From Bryobacterales bacterium (GTDB taxonomy: Bacteria; Acidobacteriota; Terriglobia; Bryobacterales; Bryobacteraceae), in contig PLZX01000060.1 of assembly GCA_003152325.1 (NCBI GenBank), forward strand, positions 14,534 through 78,533: DNA of 64,000 nt, given 5' to 3'. Below, in pieces: positions 16,648-24,648 of the stretch. The notes under the pieces were generated by a model. The model did not search any database. It saw nothing but the letters and a program-made list of their open reading frames with translations, and was not told the origin of the DNA. How positions within the stretch are numbered: position 1 is the first letter of the stretch; every line of letters starts with the position of its first letter. The position numbers and the translations under genes were made by a program.

Positions 16648-18120
16648 TCAGCCGAGTTCCCAGCCTTTGCGGAATTTCGGCTTCAGGAACGCATTGGCTT
16701 CGGGGCGGTTGGTGATCTTCATCTTCTGGCTGTCCCATTCCAACTTGCCTTCAAAGTGAACCGCCATGGCCGCCAGCTGCACGATCTCGGTCAACGGCGC
16801 TGAGACGGAGAAGTTGGAGCAGGCGGGATCGCCTCCCTTACAGGCGCGGATCCAATCGGCATAGTGTCCCGGAGAACGGGTCAACACTTGCGGCGGCAGC
16901 TTGTACTCGCTGTGGCGTGCCAGCGGCAGCAGACGGACATTGGCGCCGTAATTATCAGTGGTGAGGTATCCCTTGGTGCCGACGAAGATGGCTCCGCTCC
17001 CGGTTGGCGTGTTGATCGCCCTGCCCTCAAATGTGGGGGCGTAGGGCGAGGCGGCGCGCGGCGCTCCATTCTTTGGCGCGATGAACATGGGAAGTCCGGG
17101 GGATAAGTCACCGTTGCCGCCGAAAGCGCCCTTGCCGCTGATCAGGGGTTCACTCTCTGGAATCCCTTCGGGGCGGTAGACGGGACCATCCGCCGCGTCC
17201 GACCAAAAAACCTTGACAGGAGCGAGTGCGCCGCGAGCGGGGAATTGAAACTCGGTGACGGATCTCTTGGGGAACGCGTAGGAACCTCGGTTCTCCTGCT
17301 TGACCACTTCGACCGAACAGGAAGAGCCGCCCAGACGGAGAGCCATGTTGACGGCTCCCCACACGTGGCATGCGATGTCACCCAGCGCGCCGCTGCCGAA
17401 ATCGAACCAGCCTCGCCAATTGAAGGGACAATACGCGGGACTGTAAGGCCGCATGGCCGCGGGCCCCAGCCAGACGTCCCAATCGAAACCGGCAGGCACC
17501 TTCTCCTCAGCCGGGCGCTTGTCCATGCCTTGCGGCCAGATGGGACGGTCGGTCCAGCAATGAACCTCCCGAACATCGCCGATCTCGCCCGACCAGATGA
17601 TCTCGGCTGCAATCCGCTCTCCTTCAAACGAATAACCCTGGTTGCCCATCTGCGTGGCGACCTTGAACTTCTCGGCGGCATCCGCCAGAAAGCGCGCTTC
17701 CCAAATGGAATGCGTCAGCGGCTTTTCACAGTAGACATGCTTGCCGTGCTGAATAGCCGCGTGGACCGCGACGGCGTGAGTGTGATCGGGAGTGGTAACG
17801 ATGACGGCATCGATATTCCCACTCTCCTTATCCAGCATGCGCCGAAAATCCTTGTGCTTGGCCGCCTTTTCATACTGCTGAAAGGTTGCGGCGGCGCGCT
17901 CGTCGTCGGGATCCGCAAAGGCCACCATGTTCTCCGCGGCGCAGCCTGCGATGTTGAAAACCGCCCTGCCTCCGGCGCCGATGGCGGCAATGTTCAGTTT
18001 CTCATTCGGCGATTTGAAACCGAGCTGCTTGAGCGATGGCGTGCTTCCGAATCCGCCGGAGGGTACGGCCCCCGCCAGCAGTGCTCCATAGAAAAAATGC
18101 CTTCTAGAAAACTTATTCAC
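16648..18120 (-). CDS. Gfo/Idh/MocA family oxidoreductase with twin-arginine signal (Gfo3)
   Basis: MNKFSRRHFFYGALLAGAVPSGGFG Tat motif. LNIAAIGAGGRA Rossmann block. HVYCEKPL. Directly downstream (9-nt gap) of a9. Confidence 0.85.
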   Translation of the reverse strand: MNKFSRRHFFYGALLAGAVPSGGFGSTPSLKQLGFKSPNEKLNIAAIGAGGRAVFNIAGCAAENMVAFADPDDERAAATFQQYEKAAKHKDFRRMLDKESGNIDAVIVTTPDHTHAVAVHAAIQHGKHVYCEKPLTHSIWEARFLADAAEKFKVATQMGNQGYSFEGERIAAEIIWSGEIGDVREVHCWTDRPIWPQGMDKRPAEEKVPAGFDWDVWLGPAAMRPYSPAYCPFNWRGWFDFGSGALGDIACHVWGAVNMALRLGGSSCSVEVVKQENRGSYAFPKRSVTEFQFPARGALAPVKVFWSDAADGPVYRPEGIPESEPLISGKGAFGGNGDLSPGLPMFIAPKNGAPRAASPYAPTFEGRAINTPTGSGAIFVGTKGYLTTDNYGANVRLLPLARHSEYKLPPQVLTRSPGHYADWIRACKGGDPACSNFSVSAPLTEIVQLAAMAVHFEGKLEWDSQKMKITNRPEANAFLKPKFRKGWELG

Positions 18121-18129
18121 GGTTCCTCC

Positions 18130-18975
18130 CTACGCCTTTGCATATTTGGCAATCAACCGCTTGACTAGCGTGTGATGCGCCTTTACGACCTCGAGCGAAT
18201 CGGCATACTCGCCCAACTCGCCGCCTTCGAATTCCGTGGACATCCAGCCTCTGAAGCCGCCTGCCACCAGGGCTTTCACGATGCCATCGTAAGGTATTGC
18301 CGGAACATCGCCCTTGACCATCTGGTGGAACTTGCCGTGGACGTGGTTAATGTAGGGCGCCAGTTCCTTCAAAGTCGCGGGATTGGACGGCGGCGGCACC
18401 TCACCTTCCGGACCGACCGTGCCAGGCGCGACTTTTTCGAAAATGCTGCAGTCCGGGATCAGCCCCAGGTGCGGTGAAGAGATCTTCTTGACCTGCTGAA
18501 TCAACTCCTGCCCGAGGGGCGTTTCGAACATGATCGGTGTGTGCACCTCATACCCGATCTTGAGTTTGAGTTTCTCGGCGTACGGCAGCAGCCGCTCGAT
18601 CACCTTATAAATGAAGTATTGCGCGCGCACCACCGGGAAGCCCAGGCGCGCAGCGCCTTTCAGTTGCGGAATCGTATACTCGACCAGATCATCGTCGGTC
18701 AGGTCGCGATCGTGCCAGAAGAAGGGATCGGCGTACGCACCGTAAGAAGTGGGAACCAGGCTGTAGCGCTGGCAGGCGTTCTTGAACGTGGTCTCGAATT
18801 CCTTGGGGACGTTCGGAAAATCGCGGTGGTGCTGCGGACCGACGATCTCGACGCCCATGCCAGGGCCGAGTTCCGAGGCCTTTTTCATGCACTCGTCAAA
18901 CGACCATTTGTACGAGTAGAATTCAGTGGTGAAGCTGTATAGCGTGACGCCCACGCGGAAGGTGTTGGTTGCCAT
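18130..18975 (-). CDS. a9: xylose isomerase-like TIM-barrel protein (sugar phosphate isomerase/epimerase family), no signal; candidate glycoside lyase large subunit
   Basis: 281 aa. MATNTFRVGVTLYSF with no signal peptide. Motifs YEVHTP, LIPDCSIF, HVHGKFHQM, STEFEG. Lies 9 nt after the b9 stop, with a GAGG RBS. Confidence 0.8.
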   Translation of the reverse strand: MATNTFRVGVTLYSFTTEFYSYKWSFDECMKKASELGPGMGVEIVGPQHHRDFPNVPKEFETTFKNACQRYSLVPTSYGAYADPFFWHDRDLTDDDLVEYTIPQLKGAARLGFPVVRAQYFIYKVIERLLPYAEKLKLKIGYEVHTPIMFETPLGQELIQQVKKISSPHLGLIPDCSIFEKVAPGTVGPEGEVPPPSNPATLKELAPYINHVHGKFHQMVKGDVPAIPYDGIVKALVAGGFRGWMSTEFEGGELGEYADSLEVVKAHHTLVKRLIAKYAKA

Positions 18976-18984
18976 ATTGCGTCC

Positions 18985-19566
18985 TCAATCCACCTCTAGG
19001 CTTAGCCGCTTGGTGACCGCCTCATGAGGCCTTGCCCGCCCGCGCCCGCCGGTGCCGAACGGACCCTTCACGTTGATGTTGGCGGTAACTTCGTGTTCGC
19101 CCGGCGAAAGCGGGGTGACCCTGGGAACGAACAACTCCGCCCGGTCCAGAACAAACCACCAGGGGACGTCCTGCCAGCGGGTCCACTTGGTGAGCAGGTC
19201 GGGGACACGGTGGCTGTAACGATTGAGCGTCAGGATCATGTCCTTCGGGTCGAATTCTTCTCCGTCGACCGTCACCTCGAAACCTTCGACGCAGCAGAGA
19301 GGCTCGGCGCGATAGGGAACCATTCGCACTACCAACTGAAATCCCCTCTGTCCCTCGAGGGTGGTGTTCTTGAAGCCGTCTTCGCACAGCCAGAGAGGGC
19401 TTCGGAGCAGGTTCGGGTGCTGTTGCGGGCTGGGTTTGGGCGGCTGCTGCGCGACTGCTTGCGAAGTCGCGAGACCCGCGGTCAACGCCGCGCCGGTTGC
19501 CACCATCAGGCTACGCCGCGTGACGACGCCGGCTGAAAGGGAGCCAGGTGCTCTCTCGTTCTGCAT
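18985..19566 (-). CDS. b9: small partner protein carrying a Tat signal
   Basis: Start moved to ATG 19566, preceded by GGAGA. MQNERAPGSLSAGVVTRRSLMVATGAALTAGLATSQAVAQQ. C-terminal domain DGFKNTTLEGQRGFQLVV...VEGFEVTVDGEEFDP...SPGEHEV is alignable with b1-b8. Confidence 0.65.
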   Translation of the reverse strand: MQNERAPGSLSAGVVTRRSLMVATGAALTAGLATSQAVAQQPPKPSPQQHPNLLRSPLWLCEDGFKNTTLEGQRGFQLVVRMVPYRAEPLCCVEGFEVTVDGEEFDPKDMILTLNRYSHRVPDLLTKWTRWQDVPWWFVLDRAELFVPRVTPLSPGEHEVTANINVKGPFGTGGRGRARPHEAVTKRLSLEVD

Positions 19567-19607
19567 ATCATCTCCTTTCCTGAACGCGATCGGATTCCGT
19601 CGCGGGT

Positions 19608-20651
19608 TCACAACTTAAACAAGCGCTCCGCGTTGAGGTGATAGATTCTCTCGCGGTCTTCGTCGCTCATCGGAGTTCTCTCAAAGAACTGCACCGCCAG
19701 GTCTCCGTTCACGGCGGCAAAGTCCGTGGCGAAGAGGATGTGATCCGAGCCTATGGCGTTGATGGCGCAAGTCAGGGCCTCCGGATGGTAGTGTCCGCTG
19801 GTGCTGATGAAGATGTTCTCCTTGATATAGGCGGAGGGCGGCTTCTTGACTTTCCATGCCCTGGCGCCTTCATCCAGGCGACCTAGCCAGTAGGGAAGCA
19901 GCTCGCCGAGGTGGCCCAGGATCAGTTTCGCTTTAGGGAATTCGTCGAAAACGCCGCTGCCGATGATGCGAAGAACCTGCGTCCCGGTATAGATGGCGCC
20001 GGCCCACATCAGGTTCTGAACCTCGGCGTGGCCTTCCAGCAACTTGACGGATTCGGAATTGGGAATGTTGGGATGCAGGTAGAGGGGCACTTCGAGCGAA
20101 GCGGCGCACTCCCACAGCGGCCGGAAGGCCTGCGAGTCCAGGAATTCCCAATGCACGTGATCCTGGCCTTCGATCATGGCGCCGCGGAGCTTGAGTTTCG
20201 TGACGGCGCGCTCCAGTTCGGCAACGGCAGCCTTGGGATCCTGCGTGGGCAGAGCGGCCATGCCCGCAAAACGAGTGGGGTGCTTCACCACCGCTTCCGC
20301 CAGAATTTCATTGTTTACTTTGGCCAGATCCGTGGCTTTCGCCGCATCCGTGAGGAACTGGTAAGAGCTGTTCGAGATCACCTGCATGGTGACGCCCGCC
20401 GCATCCATTTCGCCCAGGCGGATGGCATCCAGATCAGCCTGGCGGTTTGCAGTCCCAGATGGGGTCCGCCCGGCGGCTTCGATGACGTTCAACGCCGTCC
20501 AGTGTTCTTCAACGCCGATCTTCTTGAACTGCTTGGGGGGCGGCGGCACCGCCTGCTGCGCGTGTAAGTTTCCCTGCAGCATCAACGGGGCGCCTGCCGC
20601 AAGAGCGGCCGTCCTGCCGAGAAATCCTCTTCTTCCGATTGCGCCGTTCAT
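19608..20651 (-). CDS. amidohydrolase_2 family protein (LigW/ACMSD-like) with Tat signal
   Basis: Start moved to ATG 20651 (MNGAIGRRGFLGRTAALAAGAPLMLQGNLHAQQ). IGVEEHW N-terminal metal motif, LYLHP, ATDF near the C-terminus. Confidence 0.8.
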   Translation of the reverse strand: MNGAIGRRGFLGRTAALAAGAPLMLQGNLHAQQAVPPPPKQFKKIGVEEHWTALNVIEAAGRTPSGTANRQADLDAIRLGEMDAAGVTMQVISNSSYQFLTDAAKATDLAKVNNEILAEAVVKHPTRFAGMAALPTQDPKAAVAELERAVTKLKLRGAMIEGQDHVHWEFLDSQAFRPLWECAASLEVPLYLHPNIPNSESVKLLEGHAEVQNLMWAGAIYTGTQVLRIIGSGVFDEFPKAKLILGHLGELLPYWLGRLDEGARAWKVKKPPSAYIKENIFISTSGHYHPEALTCAINAIGSDHILFATDFAAVNGDLAVQFFERTPMSDEDRERIYHLNAERLFKL

Positions 20652-20781
20652 TTTGAACTCCTGTAGTGACCAGACAATCACCGTGCCGCCATGCCAGGGA
20701 TCTCCAGGCATGGCGGTTTCCTAATTCAACGGCCTGAGCTCAGCAACTTGAGCGCAGCGGCCGGGCCGGAGCAGGCGGTGC

Positions 20782-21855
20782 TTACGCCACCTCACCGAAC
20801 AGCTTGCGCAACATAGCGTGGTGCCGGCGGAGCTGGTCGGAAGCGCGGAACAGATCGCGCGGACCCTCATACTCACTGGAGAAGTAGTGCTCGTAGCCGC
20901 CCTCAATGAAAGTCGGAATCACTTGCTCGTAGGGAATGCTGTACTCGTGCAAGTCCTCGGTCATCTCCCAGAACTTGCCGTGGACGTGGTAGACGTACGG
21001 CATCAACGGGAGCAGGTCCTTGGGATTGTTGTTGCTGAAGTGATAGACCCCGGCGAATGAGGCATACCGCAGTTCGGCTTCGTTGCCACCCATCTTCTTG
21101 ACTTCGGCTGTCGTCTTGTCCGGCCCCAGGTTGTTGATATAGGCGTTTCGGATGTATTGAATGATCTTCTCGCGCCCGCCCTGCCGCATCACGACGTCAT
21201 CGCGATACCTAGGCGGAGTCTTCGTGAAGATGCTCATGTCGGGCGTGAAGCCGAAGTGTTTTGTCTTGGTCCGGGTGATGATGTCCATCAGCTTGTGGAC
21301 GTCGTCCGAATTGAGGATGGCCGGCGAATGAAGTTCGATCGCGATCTTGACGTCGTATTCTTCCGCGTAAGGCAGGGCCTTTTCGATCAACTCCGGCACG
21401 GGGATGTCGGAGCTGCCGAAGGTGGGACGATTCACCTTGAATCCAAGGCGCTTGGCCAGTTTGAAATCGCGGACCATCATGTCCAGCGATTCCTTAACGG
21501 TCAACTGCCGGTCTTTGTGGAGCAGAGAATCCACGAAACTATCGAGACAGCTCGGCTTGGTTTTGTACTTATCCATCAGGCCGTGCCATTCCTCCACCCA
21601 GCGGTCGGTCGGGTTCGGATAGCCGTCAACGTGCGACTCTCCCAGAATTTCGATGCCTTCCGCGCCCATGTCGGCCACGTCGGCAATGCACTGCTCCAGG
21701 CTCATGGTTCCAGCCTGGAAGTCGCCGGTATAGCTGTACAACGTGACGCCGCGCTTGATCTTCGAAAGCGAAGCCGCCTTCGCCGGAGTATCAGAAAGGT
21801 ACGCAGCCGCTGCCGCCGCACCCGCCACCGTTTTCAGGAAATTTTTTCTTGTCAT
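20782..21855 (-). CDS. a1: Tat-signal xylose isomerase-like TIM-barrel protein, candidate glycoside lyase large subunit
   Basis: 357 aa. MTRKNFLKTVAGAAAAAAYLSDTPAKA. Motifs GVTLYSY, IELHSP, FTPDMSIF, HVHGKFWEM, SSEYEG. Confidence 0.8.
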   Translation of the reverse strand: MTRKNFLKTVAGAAAAAAYLSDTPAKAASLSKIKRGVTLYSYTGDFQAGTMSLEQCIADVADMGAEGIEILGESHVDGYPNPTDRWVEEWHGLMDKYKTKPSCLDSFVDSLLHKDRQLTVKESLDMMVRDFKLAKRLGFKVNRPTFGSSDIPVPELIEKALPYAEEYDVKIAIELHSPAILNSDDVHKLMDIITRTKTKHFGFTPDMSIFTKTPPRYRDDVVMRQGGREKIIQYIRNAYINNLGPDKTTAEVKKMGGNEAELRYASFAGVYHFSNNNPKDLLPLMPYVYHVHGKFWEMTEDLHEYSIPYEQVIPTFIEGGYEHYFSSEYEGPRDLFRASDQLRRHHAMLRKLFGEVA

Positions 21856-21893
21856 TTTGATTTCTCCTTACCTGAGTCCTTTGCTTCGGGCAA

Positions 21894-22289
21894 TCAAACC
21901 ACGAGTGGCATTTTCTTTTGGAAAAGGTAAGTGGAAGGCTTGATGGGCATGTAGGGGACGCGGATCTTCTCGACCACCTGCACATCGTGCATCCCCACTT
22001 TAAGGCCACCCACCTTGCTAACGGTGAGCGTCGCAACGTCGCGGAACGGCCAGCGTTGATCGGTAAGGTTGGTCAACTCGTCCAGAGTGAACGTCTGGTT
22101 GCCGAGGGAAAAACGGATCTGTTCGCGCTTGAACGTCTCTCCGTCGATGGTGACGTCAAAGCCCTCAACCAGCGAGAGGTAAACTCCTCGATAGTAGGCG
22201 GTGCGGAGTTGCAGTTGAAAGCCAGTCACCTGCCCTGCGCTGCTCACATTTTTGAATCCGCCTGGAAGCACCATGTCCTGCTCGGGCAT
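21894..22289 (-). CDS. b1: small partner protein (no signal)
   Basis: Start moved to ATG 22289, preceded by GGAGA. MPEQDMVLPGGFKNVSSAGQVTGFQLQLRTAYYRGVYLSLVEGFDVTIDGETF...ATLTVSKVGGLKVGMHDV...MPLVV. Confidence 0.7.
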   Translation of the reverse strand: MPEQDMVLPGGFKNVSSAGQVTGFQLQLRTAYYRGVYLSLVEGFDVTIDGETFKREQIRFSLGNQTFTLDELTNLTDQRWPFRDVATLTVSKVGGLKVGMHDVQVVEKIRVPYMPIKPSTYLFQKKMPLVV

Positions 22290-22351
22290 CGATTCTCCTT
22301 TCCTACGGCCACGCAGCGAGGCCGGCCGGAGCACAAGAACAACCCGCGATT

Positions 22352-22365
22352 CGATACAAGTGTCC
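22352..22365 (-). promoter_or_regulatory. candidate operator box GGACACTTGTATCG (gene orientation) upstream of b1
   Basis: Lies 62 nt upstream of the b1 ATG. Near-identical box GGACCACTTGTATCG at 51608..51622 upstream of b6. Confidence 0.3.
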
Positions 22366-22618
22366 TGCCAAAGTATACATGCGTGCGAGAGGATTTGGAA
22401 GGGTTTTGTGGTGTGAGGTGTTGGTTGTTGACGGACCGGAGGTTTTTCGGGAAGGGGTTGGTCGAGTTGAGTCAACCCCGACCGATTCGCTTACGCTCCC
22501 AGTTCTGTGGGGGTGCGTCGAACGAAGAGCGATCATCGCGATCCAAGAAGCGCTGGCTTTCAGCCGGCGGCAGCCAGGATTGGCTACCCGACAGAACAGG
22601 CGGTTCTGCGGCACATGT

Positions 22619-23893
22619 TTACCAGAAGTGGAAATCTACAATCCGCGGGGGGCCGACATTTCCGTTGATGACTTCCGTGCCAATTACCACCTGAAGGTTT
22701 TTTCTTTGCCAGCCCGCGGGCGCCTTCTTCGCCAGGGATTCCAGGTACTTGGACTGGGTTACAAACTCGCCTGCGGCCGTGGTGCCGTCCCTGCCCAGAC
22801 CGGCTAGAAGCAATACTGTCTGCTCCGTGCGAGGGTCGCTGAAGCGGGATATTACGGCCCAGTCTTCCGTGCGTCCCGAGTATGGCGCTGTGGGGTCGGC
22901 GCGCCATGGCGCCTGTGAACTCTTCTGACGGTCGACGATCTGCACCAGGCCGGTACTTGGATCTCGTTCGATGTAGAAACGCAATGCAGCGTTCAGACGC
23001 AGGGTCCAGGGATTGTTGATGGCGCCGATGAGAACGGAGGGCATCTTTCGCAAATCATCGAGGGTTAGCGACGCCGCGCGCCGGATTTCTACCTCTTTTC
23101 CGTCGGCCCCCAACATGGCGGAAACACGCGCCATGGTGATGGCGTCGGCGAAGCCTACCTGATCGGCGCGAAAGATCTCGAGCGAATTCAGCTCGTCGCC
23201 AGGCTTGGGAGGCTGGCCGGCATGAAGTGCCTGGTCCAGGCTTGTTCCAGCTCCCAGAATGATAGTGTCGGAGTTTCGCCAGATCGGCGTCCAGAAGGCT
23301 TTCCGCGGATCCTGGGGCCGCATGAGAACGCCCACGGCCGTAACCAGTGTGACCAAAATCACTCCCCCGATCAGCAAGGGTGTACGGTTACGAGCCTTTC
23401 TTGCGGACTGGGGAGCAATGGAAACACTGATATCCGGGGGAGTTTCAACGGCAGGCTGGGTGGAGACAGCCTGCTGCGCGGGCCCCGGATGCAGCGTTAC
23501 CGGCTCCAGGAAGCGGAATTCCGGAATGTACGATCCTGAAGCCACGTCAATCCGAAGTTCGGTTTCATGCCCAAGCTCGTGATAGTACTGGGCAAGGCGC
23601 TTGCGCACCTCCATGGCCGAGGTTCGGACAATCGGGTCTTCATTGGTATCGTAATCGGGCTGGCGTCCAAAAGCCGATATTCCGATGGTTCGTTCCTTCA
23701 ATTGCTCGCCGCGTCCCTCAAGCACTTCGCTCACCACGTAGCGTAGTAAAGAGTTGCAACGTTTGCTATTGCGGAACAGGTGGCTGGAGAGGATCTGCTC
23801 GAGTTGTGCGCGAATGGCGTCCCGATCCGCCTGCCTCTCCGGAGCGGAAGACGCAATCTCAGCGTCAGTGCCCGAAATGGTTCGTCCCTGCAT
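22619..23893 (-). CDS. ToxR/CadC-like membrane-anchored regulator (wHTH-like N-domain, one TM, periplasmic domain)
   Basis: 424 aa. N-domain LFRNSKRCNSLLRYVVSEVLEGRGEQLKERTIGISAFGRQPDYDTNEDPIVRTSAMEVRKRLAQYYHELGHETELRIDVASGSYIPEF parallels the OmpR/PhoB recognition-helix and wing pattern. TM segment TPLLIGGVILVTLVTAVGVLM. About 230 aa C-terminal domain. Confidence 0.55.
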   Translation of the reverse strand: MQGRTISGTDAEIASSAPERQADRDAIRAQLEQILSSHLFRNSKRCNSLLRYVVSEVLEGRGEQLKERTIGISAFGRQPDYDTNEDPIVRTSAMEVRKRLAQYYHELGHETELRIDVASGSYIPEFRFLEPVTLHPGPAQQAVSTQPAVETPPDISVSIAPQSARKARNRTPLLIGGVILVTLVTAVGVLMRPQDPRKAFWTPIWRNSDTIILGAGTSLDQALHAGQPPKPGDELNSLEIFRADQVGFADAITMARVSAMLGADGKEVEIRRAASLTLDDLRKMPSVLIGAINNPWTLRLNAALRFYIERDPSTGLVQIVDRQKSSQAPWRADPTAPYSGRTEDWAVISRFSDPRTEQTVLLLAGLGRDGTTAAGEFVTQSKYLESLAKKAPAGWQRKNLQVVIGTEVINGNVGPPRIVDFHFW

Positions 23894-24212
23894 GGCGGTG
23901 TATCGAAATTAGAGTCTAACATGCCCTACCCGTGGGCACGTTGCGGCAAGGCATGAACGGTGCAACACGGCTGCGTATAGGTCTGATTGCAGGCCGTTTA
24001 CGCCCGCGTTACTGTACCGCACGTAGGGAGGCAGGGCGACCCGCGCTAACATTGATCCGTTCGGTGTCTAGGCGTCCAGCGTGTTTACCCCAATCTCGGG
24101 TTGCGTGGATCATGATTGGGCACCGTCCGACATCGGCCAGGAATGGGCCGCGCGCCCAGCACTGGCGGCTTCCCCCCGCGGGCGGGATACCAGCGTGACA
24201 TAAGGAGAGAAA

Positions 24213-24608
24213 ATGTTCGACAAGTACATGCTGATCACCAGAGGTTTTCAGAACGTTACCCAGAATGGCCAGATCACCGGCTTTCAGATGAAGGTCCGCA
24301 TTACCTATTACAGAGGCGTGTTTTTGCCGCTCCTGACGGGTTTCGCCGTGACGGTGGATGGGGAGGAGTTCAAGCCGGAGCAGATGAGGTTTACCGTCAA
24401 CGACCACACCTACACCTTCGAGGAACTGGGGAAGGCGGAGAAGGTTCATTGGAATTTTGGCGACCCTGCGACCCTGACTGTTTTGAAACCGGGCGGCCTC
24501 AAACCTGGCATCCACCAGGTGGAAATTGTTGAAACCGTCAAGCCTTCGTACATGCCGGCCACGGGCTTCACCGGGCATACGAAGCGGAAGATCACTTTAG
24601 TGGCCTGA
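24213..24608 (+). CDS. b2: small partner protein (no signal)
   Basis: 131 aa. MFDKYMLITRGFQNVTQNGQITGFQMKVRITYYRGVFLPLLTGFAVTVDGEEFKP...WNFGDPATLTVLKPGGLKPGIHQV...KITLVA. AGGAGA RBS. Confidence 0.75.
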   Translation: MFDKYMLITRGFQNVTQNGQITGFQMKVRITYYRGVFLPLLTGFAVTVDGEEFKPEQMRFTVNDHTYTFEELGKAEKVHWNFGDPATLTVLKPGGLKPGIHQVEIVETVKPSYMPATGFTGHTKRKITLVA

Positions 24609-24648
24609 GGCGAGACAGATCCAGGGAACATTCACCAGGAGACTTCAT

